From NCBI GenBank assembly GCA_907165135.1, contig OU015569.1:10230001-10294000 (forward strand): 64,000 nucleotides of DNA, read 5' to 3'. Shown piece by piece: positions 1 to 13,029 of this stretch (within the stretch, counting starts at the first letter, position 1; every line of letters starts with the position of its first letter). Source of the stretch: Oikopleura dioica (Eukaryota > Animalia > Chordata). Made by a program: the position numbers and the translations under genes. The notes under the pieces were generated by a model. That model worked only from the letters and a program-made list of their open reading frames with translations, did not search any database and was not told where the DNA came from.

Positions 1-2195
1 TTCGTCATCGCTCGAGCTGAGGATTTCTTCCACTTCTTTGTCCATTTGACTGATAAACTCAGCCGAAAGAGCGTCCGATGAATCTGTAACGTTGGGAATC
101 GAGAAACGAGGAGCACGTCTTGCTTGTTTGGCCTGTCTAGCGATTCGCTCAAGCTCTAGAAAGACATTTAACAGATGTCTAAATGAGAAAGTTTAATTTC
201 TAAACCTTTTGCATATAATATGAAGCATATTTAAATACCTTCGGCCTCTTCCTCTGTTCCCTTCGTATGTATTTCGAAGTCTGCCTCGTCCTGGCGTCTC
301 CACTCATGATAGGTGACCCAGAGCCACGCTGGATTGACTACGAAAATGTTCGCTTTTCTCTTGGCGTCATTATGCTTGGCGGTGCCAGGCCGAGCGCAAA
401 TTAAATGAGTCGTATTTCTGAAAATAGCACGATTATGGGATTAAATCAGCTGCTTTGCTTACTTTTGAACTCGCTCATGAATAACCGCGCCCATCGCGCG
501 CGCATTCTTTATGGCACGGTGTTCTTCCATCGGACAGCCGGTAGGTACCACGCCAGAAAACACCAAATGACAGCCTTTCAGAATATTTTTTCGGATTCCA
601 ACGCATATGTTCCTGACGTCTGAACGGATAGAGATGGTTTGATTGTTTTATGACCTGGAATAACGCACCTGGTAAGTGATATCCACTGGGAACGCGCTGC
701 TCTTTCGTTAGAGCATCGTACTTTTTGTAATAATCCTCGTGGATGTCATTCAGTATTTCTTGAAGCCTAATATGTATATAATAAGTAAAAGAAGAAGGAA
801 AATCTCTTACCTTACGAGATAGACATCTTTGTCGTCATCGACTTCTTCCTCGGGAACTTTAGCTAGCTGCTCGGCAGCATCCCTTGAGTCCGAGTCCCTC
901 GTGTTCTGATCTTCTTTTTGGACTTCTCCAGAGCCCTCAGACGATCCAGAAGTAGATTTATTTAAATCAGAAGAGGAAGAATCGGAGGAGCTATTCAAGT
1001 TCTTCCCTGATTCCAATTTTTTAGCACTTTCAGCGTCGTTTTCAGGGCTTTTCACATTTTCATTTTCGGCATCAGTTGAAGATATGGCCTTGTCTTTGTC
1101 AGGAAGCTCGTGCTGGGTTTGAGAAGTAGGCGGCAGTGTTGATTTGAAAGCGTGCGGGTCGTTGATATCTCCTGTGTCTGTAAAGAAATGATACTTTGGA
1201 GAGGCTAGCGGGTAGGAACTATCTGAGTTAGTTCAGTTTATCTTGAAGCCATTCCTTTTTAACAAGAATACAGTTGGGCGAATACCTCCAAACGTCTCCT
1301 CTATCATCAATGATTGCACACATCGAGTCCCCACAAGGAAACAAATGCTCCAAGTTGCCGGATTTATGGAAAGGGTCGACACATTCATCCCGCGATAAAA
1401 TCCGATGTGAAAAGAACGACTTGCTCGAATCTAGATTCAATTGGCGTCGCGTCTGATCTTCAAGAATTTCGGCGATCTTGTGGGCATATTGGCGGGAGCC
1501 GAAAGTCACAATGTGTAGCTCGTATTTCTCCGACATTTCATGAATGAATTTTGCGCAAAAAGGTCTGAAATATGTTTCAATAAAGCTGCAAATAATGAAG
1601 AGTAGAACCTTAATCTAGTCCAGAGCCAGGGATCCTGCCTGGTCAGTTGAAAAGAAATCGTATTTTTCGTCAGTTTCTTAGGTCTATTTTGCGTCGTATG
1701 GATCACCGTCTGATCAAGATCGACTAAAAGCACGAGTTTCCTGCTGTCGTGCAGGCGTTGGATTTCTTCGTGAGCTGCCCGCTGCGCCTCGCCTTCCGAA
1801 ATACGCAACTCGGGCAGACTATGCACCGCCTGCACGTTCGCATGCATCGGCAAGTCGGCAAGGGTCTTCTTTGGTCCGAATCCGTTCGTCGTGTCTTCTT
1901 CAGCGTGCAGTTTGCGCAGATCGCCGCCGCACGCTGCACACATATCCTTCATCACCACTTCGTGCGCGCATGGCTTCAAGCTCAGTAGCTCTTCCCCACA
2001 AGAAACTGGACATTCGGGATCAATGGTGATTTTGGTGACGAATCCACCGCCATCGGGAGCCTTTAGCTTCACTTCTTTTCCGTCACTTTTCTTCCGGAAA
2101 GTTCCCAGCAGCGAGTTCGTCTTCAAAAATCTTCCTTTTAGTCGCTTGTTCCATGATACAACTATTCCATCTTCTGGGGCGAGCAACTTCGTCAT
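1..2195 (-). CDS. CTDP1: RNA polymerase II CTD phosphatase FCP1 (multi-exon, 3' end outside window)
   Basis: N-terminal CxH...MCAxCG motif, catalytic LVLLVDLDQTVIHTT (DxDx(T/V)), FSHRILSRDEC, LFPCGDSMCAIIDDRGDVW, KKYHFFTDTGDINDP, then a BRCT-like segment (THLICARPGTAK...VVNPAWLW). Short introns, including a GA-AG intron at 1194-1254. Confidence 0.95.
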
Positions 2196-2785
2196 TTTCT
2201 TTTCTCAGTCTTCTTATTCGCGGGCTCTCAACAAGAATTTAAATGTAATGAACGAATTAATACTTTTCAACTAAAAAGAACACCGTCATTTTTAAATTTC
2301 TCTTCTTTTAATCGATTTTTTATTAAAAAATAGCTAAAAATAGAGCCGCACCTTTTAGCAGTTACGTAGAATTCTGCTCGCCAGCTGTTCTTCTCCCCGT
2401 TCTCTTGATCCTTCAAAAACAAAATAAAGCTCAGGGCACTTTCTCCACGCCAACGCGCGCGCACATCGCCCGCGCAACGCGCGCATAGCCGAAGTCCCTC
2501 GCAATTTTCATTGAAGCCTTCAGTGCCACACTTTCTCGCGGTATTCATCCCAAAATATATATTTTGTTAGAAATATCAGGTCGTTTCAGAACAGTGATTT
2601 TTCAAAAATTCGCTTTTTCGGCAATAATTTCACTTTGGTCAACTTTGAGTGTCACGAATGAATTCAATTAATTTCGTTATTTTTTTTTATTTTATCTTAG
2701 TCTCTTCATAACCAATAGAATTTAAGGAAGCAAGAAAAAACCTTCTAAATCATCGCATCGGCAATTCCAGTGTTGATCTGTGATT

Positions 2786-2971
2786 TCAGAAGAGATGAAT
2801 ATTCAGTCTTGGAATTTCAGAAATCTGAATTGGTCGACAAGACTTTTGAATGAAGGATGATTTGAGAGTTGAGGAGAGGAAGCGGCGTGTCGGTAGATTG
2901 GGAGCGTTAGCCCGTATGAACTGGCTGGAGTTGCAGGAGGAATCGCACATGCGCGCCGTGTGGGGAAGCAT
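2786..2971 (-). CDS. Putative 61-aa microprotein (orphan)
   Basis: ATG-initiated ORF, TATATAAG box ~40 nt upstream (3008-3015), E-boxes at 3032 and 3041, AATAAA downstream (~2686-2691). No recognisable domain. Confidence 0.35.
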   Translation of the reverse strand: MLPHTARMCDSSCNSSQFIRANAPNLPTRRFLSSTLKSSFIQKSCRPIQISEIPRLNIHLF

Positions 2972-4178
2972 CTTACAGATTTGAACAAAGGTGCGCCTCC
3001 GTCAGTCCTTATATAGATATACCAAATGTGTCACGTGCTACACCTGAAATTTGGAGCCAAATCTGAAACCTGCCGAAAATGCTCTGCTTCAAAGCAAATC
3101 ATCCGAAGAAGCACTTCCTTCCTCAGAATCGCTCTTTTTCGCAACTGAAAACGGAGGTTCCTTATCGATCCGTGCAATTGTCGCCTTGTGTTTATGCAAG
3201 AAGAGGGAGAACAAGCGGGAAGCTAGTCCAAACAAATTATAATTGTTAGTTTTATTTTTGTTGTCGATTTTCGAGTTTTGACGAAATCCGCAAATCGCGT
3301 TTGATAATTTGTCGCAGCCAGGTGTCGGTCGGCGTTTGATTAGGCGGAGATCGCTGCTCCGGTGATAATTCCGAAACGAGACATTTGAGAACCCTTCTTG
3401 CCTCTCTAACTGAACCCGCTCGTTTTACAATAGCCAGATCTTTGCAGATCTTTGCAGTCAACTAAAAACTTCCTTGTTTTCAGATTCGGGACTTCCTAAT
3501 TTGTTCTTTGATTGTTGTTGAGAGGTCGTTTTCAGTTTATTAGAATTGTATTCAAGTGCCTCAATCCGGTTGTTTTCTTCACCAGAAATGCAAAATTCAA
3601 AGCTTGAGTTTGAATTAGCGAGTATTTCTCGTTGGTGATGAGGTCTGTCCGGCCGAGCAGGTGCCCGACGATGGGTCGTTGGCTCTGGGAAGACGAAACA
3701 GGTGCCAGACTCAGCGGAGACTTGCCAGCTGTCCCAGCGTTACTTTTTAATGACGCGTATTAGCGAGTTAAGAACTTTTTCCATTACAGCTACAAATCAA
3801 AACAAATGAAAATTTTTGCAAGAACTCGGATTTGATTTTGCTTTATCTGATTACTCGTTCGATCAAAATTGCTTTGCGATATGTTCTGATTTTAAGAAGA
3901 CGAATTTTTCCATTTTGAGATTTTTTTATTTTATATATTTTGCTTTTGTTGCCGTATTTACAGGAATTATTGAACAAGGTGGGCATTTCAGTGAAAAATT
4001 CGCTACGTAAGGTAGTTGTTTGTACAGGAAGAGCGAGTATCGTATAGTATTGAGTGTGTCGAGGGTCGGCAGTAACATCAAGATTTTAAAAAGAACCGAG
4101 CGATTTGTCGTCGATTTAAATTTGAAATTATTTAGCGTTTGAATAAAGAAATAAAAGAGAGAAAGAGGCGAGAATAGT

Positions 4179-4466
4179 TTACGCTGAGCAGCTTGAGCTG
4201 AGTTGAGCTTGCATGTCTTGCAGCGCGCGGATGTATCTCGAGGCGCTCATCAGGACGTCGATGGGATCGGCGTTGGCAGGCAAGAAGTCGCGGGGGAGAA
4301 TCTTCATGAGCTGGTAAAACATCATCTGCTCCTGCTGCTCTTCGCTGACGATCACCGGCTTGGTGCAAAACTCTTGGGGGTAGGCGAGACTCTCGAGTGA
4401 GGCGCAACTCTCGGAAGCGGCGCTCATTTCAGTGTTGCTGTACTGTTCAATGCTGTCGAGCACCAT
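4179..4466 (-). CDS. Id/emc-like helix-loop-helix protein lacking a basic region (95 aa, intronless)
   Basis: MMFYQLMKILP-loop-PIDVLMSASRYIRALQDMQAQL fits the HLH helix1-loop-helix2 pattern. It is preceded by acidic SEEQQEQ rather than a basic region. TATA-like CATAAAA ~4555-4561 on the minus strand; GC3-rich codons. Confidence 0.75.
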   Translation of the reverse strand: MVLDSIEQYSNTEMSAASESCASLESLAYPQEFCTKPVIVSEEQQEQMMFYQLMKILPRDFLPANADPIDVLMSASRYIRALQDMQAQLSSSCSA

Positions 4467-4589
4467 TTTTCAAAAAGGATTGAGTGAATTTTTTTTTGTT
4501 TTCTGTCGAAGGACGATTTTCAAAAGTTGTGTGGTGCTCCCAGAGGCCCAGCGCTTTTATGCGATCGCGAGGAGCGGAGGTCGCGCGAG

Positions 4590-7500
4590 CGCGCGCCACT
4601 CTGTCTCGCACCTGCACCAGCGTCGCTGTGGCGCCACTGCACTACACAATCCAGATAGACCATCCCAACGCTACGGCACCAAAGCCACCAACGATCCTTC
4701 GACCTTTTCGGTAATCTTCCCCTCGATAATCCCCAACTCCTCAAACACACAACAGAAACTCCCCAAACTAAGTTTTGATTCGTAGTCTATGGAGGCATTT
4801 TACATCATCTGTTCGTGGATTCTAGTGGTTTCCCTCAATTGCGTATGAGAATTTTCCTCAAGCCTGAAAGATTAATTCTTATAATCTTGCTCCTCATTTA
4901 CGAATAAAGTAAATAGTCTTTAGTAATAGCCAATTAGCTCCGCTTGGAACTGAAATTTCGATGCGTTTACTTCTAGGAGCATTAATTATGCTGGCAATCA
5001 CGAAAAAACGAGCTCGGCAATAGTTACGATTTTGTACCAAGAATGGAGAAAAGGGTTAATTTGGAGCACTTTATCCCGTCGAGAGGGACAAAGCACTCGC
5101 TAATGAACTAATTAGCTTGCCAATCGTTGACAGCTTGCCAATACCGTTAAGAGGTGAATCCTCGAATACAATCCTTCTCGGAAATGGTGTGTTTTTGGGT
5201 GGTTAACCCAAATCTGGCTTTACACTAGAACGTCACATGTTCTTATTCCATAATGAGTCGAAATCCCTCATCTATCGATTAGGTACATTTCTAAAGAAGT
5301 TAATCTTGAGACATTTCTCAGACAAGAGGATTCGGTGGCAGAAAAACACGTGTGGTCGCTCATCAAACTGCAGGTTTCAGCTTGACCGGGAAATATTATT
5401 TGACAATTTTATGAGCAGCTTTTTTCCTTCGTATGTTCAGATGAAAAGCTTATTAATGGGCTTATGCTCACGATTGGATACCGATTCACCTTTACTGAAT
5501 GTTCTAGAGAGCACAACTGTGTTGACAAAAGACTGATGTCAAGAGGTTGTTCCGACCAATTGACCTTTCTTGTTTTATCCTTTTTTCAGTGGTGTATCGG
5601 TTTTCTCCGGGAGTTTTGGTTTGCGCGCCGCGACCGCCAATTTAGACTTCTTTTGATCCCCTTGTCGATTGTATTAGGGGCAAGCGGCTCGCCAGATCAT
5701 CACTGAAAAGATTCCGACTACTACTTGTCCAGAACTGCGACTACAATTTCTCCGTTTTCCCCGCCTTCGCCGCGCCTCATTCTTCAGATGTTGAGAAAAG
5801 TGTACTCTTTAATCTTCTGAATGAAAGTTTTCTGAATGAAAAAGCGTGATACCTGTACATGCACACGAAGAACAACTTGTAGGTGAAAGTTCTGTGCGAT
5901 TCCATAAAAACAAAGAAATATTTTTTGAAAAAGTTTTTTCAATTTTCTACCTTTGGAAAACACAAAGGAAAAGATAAAGGCTCGGATCCAGCACTAAGAT
6001 GTTGGATTAATGAGCTGGAACGGGCTTTTGCTTGTGTTGAAAGGGCTCAGGATTTACGAGATTTTACGTCGCAATAGGAAGCCCGCACTTTGATCTTCGG
6101 CTTGGAAGTGATGGGAAGTGAAAAAATAGGTCAAAGGTTCAATTCCATATGGAGCTTTTTATTTGAGATGTCGCGTTCCCAGGGCGAGTTCAAGGCATCC
6201 AATAATTTTTTATTGAATCCGGCTTTGCATTTGTAGTGATTTTTGTCGGGAAACGCAATCATACAATAACAAATACAGAGTAAATCTACGCAGCAGAGCA
6301 ATCGCAACAATCATAAGTGTAGATATGCCTGAGGCCGCTTGAGAGATTCCGAAGGGATTTCCGATTCCAGCTAAATAACCGCTCCTATCGCTCAGTAAGA
6401 ACTCTCAATATTTGCTAGAGCTTTCTCGCTCCCTGGAAGCGCTCATCTGAATTCAGACGCCTTCAAAAGGAAACTCGAGTGAAGCGCTAATGGTGCTTGA
6501 AGCGCGCGTCGCATGACAAATGACAAAAGAGGGATGAAAAGGGGAAGCGGCTAGTGTGTTTACTTCTTCAAATGATAATTGTCTAGAAGACCGAAGTGGC
6601 CGAGCACGGCGCATCTAAGTGGCGGAGAAACACTTCGCCGCGCTCATTAACGAAATCATCAAAAAGAATCACTTCTAGCTCATTCCAAATCGTCGCCAAC
6701 TTGTGTATCCGACCACGTGATCCGAGATTCCAAAGTTTCATTTCTCCAGCTAAACAGTTCACGCGTTTTTATGGAGCTGCTATTTGGGTTCAAACTGAAG
6801 AGCTCGTAAAAATCTTATGCAAACTGCTCGGAAGCAATGAAATCAGCATGCGATTTGTGTTGATTGATTTATGACAAGGAGATGATTGACATTGAGAACG
6901 GATTGACATTAATTCTTTTCAGACACGTGTGGAGAATAAAAATATCCCGCAGTGAAGAGTTGGGTTGAGAAAGCTCCTGCTGAGCACTCATTCCTGCAGC
7001 GCTCAGTCCGCGTGGGAAAACTTCTATAGCGTTGATTAGCCTCTATCTCTGGTAATTTTTGATAATCGAAAAATTATTCTAGTTTCTAATTTTAACAATT
7101 TTAACGAAAATGGGCAGAAAAGAGAAATTGCTTTGAAGTTTGAGCGGTAATTGATGACGGCTTTATTTAGTAATTATTAGAAATCGTAAACGAAAACCAA
7201 CCCCACCTGGGGGACACATGTAGTGGGCGATTTCAAAGGCGGCAAACAGCCGCGCCACATTAACCGATGCGGAGGAAGCGTCCGATGGTCGCCACTTCGC
7301 CAGCTGGACCGACATAATACCAAGTGACGCAAGGGACGAAGGCTATTATTTTCGATTATGTCTTCTCGCTTTTAAGACTAGCCGACAATATCCAGCAGCT
7401 CCCACTCAATTGAGAATAAATCTTCTACAGTCTGAAAACTTCATCTTCGTTCGTAATCGCCAATCCTGGATTTCGTCTATCTTTGTCGAATTTCCGGGCC

Positions 7501-10500
7501 AAGTATGCGCGGAATCGCTACTCACATCTGTTGTCTGGCCATCATCGGAATCTGGCATCCTGCTTCTGCCCCCCAATTCACGACAAACGACATATGCTAC
7601 TTCCATCATCTGAACGAGGCTGAGCTTCTTTTCAGCTGGCCTTGACGGAAGCGACAAAATAGCATCTGTACATCCCACGTGCTCTCATCGAGAAGATCTA
7701 TTACGCCATGAAAACGTCAATTGGCTCAACCTGGCGAGTTTTTAACGACAATCCAGAGTTTTTTGAAACAGCAAAGCGAACGAGTACTATTTTGATAAAG
7801 AGGACATCTAAGTCCGTGGCTATTGTTTTACGAATCCTGTAAGTGAGCTCTATATCCGGCTCGAGCGGTTCTCAGCTAATCCGAGCAAGTTATTTCTCGC
7901 TTATTCGCTTCTTTAGTGTTTTTGCGCCATTCTGCTAACTTGGCGCTGCCTGGGAACGTTTTGAAAATCGTTTTCGCGTCAAGTGCGACTCACGGCTTAC
8001 TTTTGCTTATTCAAAGGGGCGATAAAGCCCTCGTCCAGCTGTTCTGCTCTTCTTTCTCCAACTTCGGATCAGCCTGTGAGTTTCCGCTCATCATCGGCCA
8101 GCTCTAGATATGAATCTAGCAGGTGCGCTTTCACCAAAAGGAAAAATAGCTGAATATATCCTGGAGAGAAGTATTCTCGCAATTACTGTACATTTATGGT
8201 CAATTCGATGGCTACCCTTTGATAGAATAGACGTGAAATGGAGATTTTTCGGAAAGTGTTGGCAGTGGGGTTGAGTTTGGTAAAAAGCTAGTCACACAAC
8301 GGTGGTGGTCGAATCTGGCCTGGCGCCTCACTGTCGCGACAGCACCTGGATGAGCTCTTTGGAGGCGCAAAGCTAAGGACGCCGACTTGACGGCGCGGCC
8401 CGTGTACGGCTGCGCTAACTTAGCTCTGCAGCAAGTAGCTCAAGAACGAACACAAAAGAAACCAAAACTGCTTCTTTCAATCGAGCCATTACTGTAAAAA
8501 CTCTTTCTTGAGTCTTTAATTCCATGCAACTAGTTACAATAATGATTCTTCTATTTCATTATGTTGTTACAATTAATTGTCAATTGCAATCGTTCGAGTT
8601 GTTCGCTTGCTAAAAAGTGTTTTAGGAAAAACCGCTGATGCCGGTAAAAAACGGTTCGCCTGAGTAAAATTTTGGCTTATTATCATGTGCTGGTTAATTT
8701 TGATTTCAACGCTCGTGTTTAATTTATCAGCGGATACTTTGATTAAAATTTGTCGGTATTTTAATGTTATACGACATGGTGTAAAAGCCGACTTGCCTTC
8801 CTCTCTCTCCTTTTCCACCAGGTGCAATGTTCCGAGGAGAAATTTGTTGATATCTTGTTGTTACAGATGTACCAAGAATTCATAAATTTGGGCAGATTTT
8901 TCTGCAATAAACTTTCGACATGGACAAGACCATAAAATTCGTCAATCTGAATAAGAATTGTTTCCAGGGACAATGTCGAAAATCGTCTGGAGGACTCTTT
9001 AGGTCCTCCAGAGGCTCTGAGCTGGGCGCTGGGTTGGTGTGGTAGTATTTGAAAAGTCAGCTTGCGATCTGAGCGGTACCACACCCAGCGCGGCGCCTCC
9101 GCCGCCGCCAGTCCGTCGCCAGAGATAGCACTGCACCTGCAGACACCACCTGCACCACTGGCGCCAGGAGAAACACACACCTGGTCTCCGCCGCCACCAT
9201 GACCAGCCACTAAATGGCCAAATACTTCTTCAAATCCGATATGCGATAGACATGCCCCTTGCCATTGTATCCATAAGTAAATACAGTGACACTGAGTCGG
9301 TCCTAAATTTCGCTGCTAGTGTCAGTTACAGTGATATTTGACGAAACAATGACCTGAAAATCTTTTCTGTGTTAAAATCGGCGGAAATCGTGGTCACTTC
9401 AATGGAAGTTCAAACTGTGCTGAGAACTGTAGTTGATTGACAAAGAATAGAAAAGGCTCGTGCTGTCAACGGTGTTCCCTGATTGCGCGGGGAGGCATAA
9501 ACGCACAACAGGTGCCGGGATGCGTGATTTCTGCTTATCAGAAGAACTGTCCTCCATATTCGATTCTGGCTCACTCTGCCACTCGCACTCTCGAAGGAAT
9601 TCAAAGTCAGAAAGAGAGAGGTTTATCAGACTAATTCGAGGCAGAAGTCGGATGTGATGAAAAGTGCGCGTCTCTTTGATGCGCCGCGCAGGTGGCCGCT
9701 CTAGCAGAACACCTGGATCAGTTGGTGATTACCGGATGATCCCGTTTCAATTATTTCCATTTAGCCAGCCATTTGTTTCAATCACAAGACTGGAATTGTG
9801 AATTGCGCTAGTTAATCTCGCTCGTGATTGCGATTAGCGCCGGCGAGATGTATATTTTGGTTATCAAATTTTGTATTCGCTTGGGGAAGACTAATCCTTC
9901 ATAGCAGTTTGGATTATCCGGCTCGTGAGCTGCCATGCAAGAAAAGAAAGTACCTGAGCCTAAGCCGCAGCTTATTCCAGCGGAGGTCCTCGAGAATGTC
10001 CATTCGAAGTCCACGGGGAGCCACTCGAAGAATAGACGGCTCACTGCTTCTGTCGTAGCTCAGTCGCTTTTTTTTTGGCTTGGTCTAGCCAATCTCCAAG
10101 TTTCCATTTAGTTTTCAGTTTTGAAAATCAAGCCGAATTCTTCTTTTCAAAAAGGAGTAAGCGGGGATAAGTCTAGACATTGACTGAATTTTCCGGGGGA
10201 GAATTTGCAACCGGCGCCCCCAAAGAAAGCCGGAAAATTCTCCTTCCGCCGAGAAGGAAAGTGGGTTTTTCTTTCGAATTAATTCGCAATCGAAGAAGCC
10301 AACAATTTGCGCGTGATTAACGACTCGATTTGCATGCAAGTGCTCTCCACTTGACACTTGAATATGATTTCCAGTTTTCAAGAATTAGAGAGTCAATCGC
10401 CGGTAATTTAATTTATCGACTTAGATTTATCAACATTTTTCGTAAACGAGTTTTTTTCTATGAAAGATTATTGCTTTTAATTTTTTTCAACAATCTTGTA

Positions 10501-12600
10501 GTTATTGCCTCTATAATTTGCATAAAAACTCTCAAAAATCCTCTCGAGGCTTGAAAAATTTGCATTAGCGTTTCTCTCTTATTTGCGCATAAAACATTTT
10601 TAAGATTCTGATAGAGTGCCGTTTTATTAGCTTGTTCAGTGATCTACTAGATTTGGGGACTCTAGTAAATCTTGGACTTACTGTATTAGCTTCGGCAGTT
10701 CAGTATTTGCGTCAAGGAGAAATTACCAAGATAATTTTGACTAAGCCTAAAATTGCTTCTCACAAATATAATTTGGACTTTTGAGTAGTTGTGGGGCTAC
10801 TCAGCGGATTAATTCGGGCTCGCTCACCTGGACCCACTTTCGAGCATTTTCTGAGACACAAGCAAAACATAGAAAGAAATAGAATTTTTTGAGGCACAAT
10901 GCTTGAGCTAATCCGCGTCTATTTCAGCTGCGAAAACTTCAACTTTTACAGCTTATAAAAGCAATTTATAACCTAGTCACTTATTCTGTGTTTTATTCAA
11001 GATAAAATATTCGATGCGTTCCACAAGAATTGGCGTGGATATTATTTTGTATGCATCCAGTAGGGATTTTATATGCGTGGAAGCACTTGTGAAATTTTCG
11101 AATATGTATTTCCCGTTGAGGTGGAAAAACAGTCGGCAGCGGCAGGAATGCGATAGCCGGAAGTTGCATCTGGCAGTATTCATGGCTCATTGCCCGTGAC
11201 AGTATTTCAGACTTGTACGAAAAATAAATGCGGCAGACTGAGGACGAGGCTCGCCGAACGGAATCCAGCTGGCAGCTTGTTTCTTTCCGTGGCCTCTGGC
11301 AGACGATGAGGGAGGTAGTTTTACTTTCTATATTCCATAAAATTGTGAAAATAAGCTCTTGAGTAAGGCAGAAGATGCTTGATGGCTTCCTGCTGGGTCC
11401 CATTGTGATAAAACCCTATTCATGGCGATAAGAATAGAGCAGCGGGATACTGCAGCTGAAGCTGTGATGAACTACCGGAGATGATAAGAAAGCTAAGTCT
11501 CTCCGTCTGCAGCGCAATGTCTTATTTAACAACGAGAGCTACAAATTTCGAGTTTTAACTGGATGAAACTGAGGGAACGAGAAGAGGGAATTGAATACGG
11601 GCGGGGAGAGAGGAGGAGTTTGCAAATCAAGAGTGGTGCTTCCAGTTGTAGTAAGGCAGATTTCCGGCGTGCTTAGCGCTAAACTGTTTGCTTCGACGGG
11701 CAACATCTTAGAGTACTCGTCTCTTAGGCTAGATCCCATCGATCACACTCGACCTGTCACGTGATTCAAACAGAAACAACTTCCGCTTGTCGCGCCCAAG
11801 CACCGGAAAAGATCGAGAGGTTCCATTCCCGTTCCCATTCGTAAACAAGAAGAAATCACTTCCGTTGATCGATATATTATCTTCGAAGTAGTAAAAAATA
11901 ATTGCTTGTTGAATTCGAAAATGATGGGTGCCAGTGGTTGAGCATATTGCGGTTGATAGCGGGTTCGTTTATTTATTTTTTGTTGCTGTATCAGAGCATA
12001 TGAAGAATACTAAACTGAGCATCTGTCTGCTAACAGATGGTTCATCCAAAGAGCTCATCCGAGCTAGTCCCTGCGGAGCGCCCAAATGGACGCCGAAATT
12101 GGAACACGTGTGCATGAAAAGTGATTTCCCCATCGGACGAGCTGCCACTGAACTTATGTTCGTTATCAATTCAAATCCTCTTTTTTTTCTTCTTTCAACC
12201 CCCTAATTGCCTTATTCGAATCAATTCTTTTACAGCTACCTTCCCACAACGAAGCTCTTCTTTCGAAAAAAGAGCCGACGAGTGAAATTCTAGCGCAAAC
12301 AATTCCACTCCAAGGTTCAGAGATTTTTGGGGAATCGATTTTGCGCCTCGGTGGTTACATTTTCGCGGATAAATATTTTCGGATAACTCTCCCTTATCCA
12401 GTGTCTCCTTCATCCCTGACTGGGTTTACCTTGTCCCGCGCTGTTCTTCCGTTTCCGACGATTTTACGCTTTTGGAGACACTTTAATTGAGCACTATTTC
12501 ACATTCAAGCGAGGAGGATTACTGATTCCAGCTGAATTCGAATGAAGAATCAAAAATTAATCACGGAGATTTCAATTTTTTCACATTATCTCGATATAAA
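4590..12600. promoter_or_regulatory. Gene-poor, motif-rich putative cis-regulatory region upstream of the Id-like gene
   Basis: No convincing long CDS. CSL site CGTGGGAA at 7011-7018, Smad-type GGCGCC-N5-GTCG at 8322-8336, three CACCTG E-boxes at 9134, 9147 and 9178, GTGGCGCCAC palindrome at 4628-4637. Confidence 0.4.
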
Positions 12601-12744
12601 ACTGATTAGCTCGCTTTTGCTCAAGAATAATTCAAACGTGCGTATATAAAGCGAACTTTTTGATTGCTTTTTCATATCCGAGAAAAACATATTTTGTGAA
12701 CGTTTTTTTTTCTCTATAGAAGTTTGACTGTAACTGAATCAACA

Positions 12745-13029
12745 ATGGACATTATCGCATTAGTTATTGCGGTTGTACTCGTCATCCTCCTTCCAACAAT
12801 CCTCTACATGGCTTGCTGGGCATGCTGTATCTCCTGCTGTATCAAATGTTGCTGCCCATCACGCTCGAAGACAGTAAAAATTGTCAACGTTCAGCCCCAA
12901 TGCCACCTTAGCGAATCAACAGAATCGTACCAAGCAGACCAAGTCGACAATATCAAAGAGATTGAGAAGAAGATGAACAAGCAGCAATTGTCTCAACAAG
13001 AAAAAAGCCCTTTAATTCAGTGTATCTAA
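12745..13029 (+). CDS. Small single-pass membrane protein with juxtamembrane cysteine cluster (94 aa)
   Basis: ATG 12745, hydrophobic IIALVIAVVLVILLPTILY followed by ACWACCISCCIKCCCP. TATATAAA at ~12643-12650. Confidence 0.7.
   Translation: MDIIALVIAVVLVILLPTILYMACWACCISCCIKCCCPSRSKTVKIVNVQPQCHLSESTESYQADQVDNIKEIEKKMNKQQLSQQEKSPLIQCI

Noticed and set aside
3252-3461. 69-codon ORF with faint helix-loop-helix feel
   Set aside because: No ATG start, no in-frame upstream exon found, motif match too weak.
8767-9210. 147-aa GC-rich ORF
   Set aside because: GTG start, no domain; the GC-rich part is better explained as a motif cluster.
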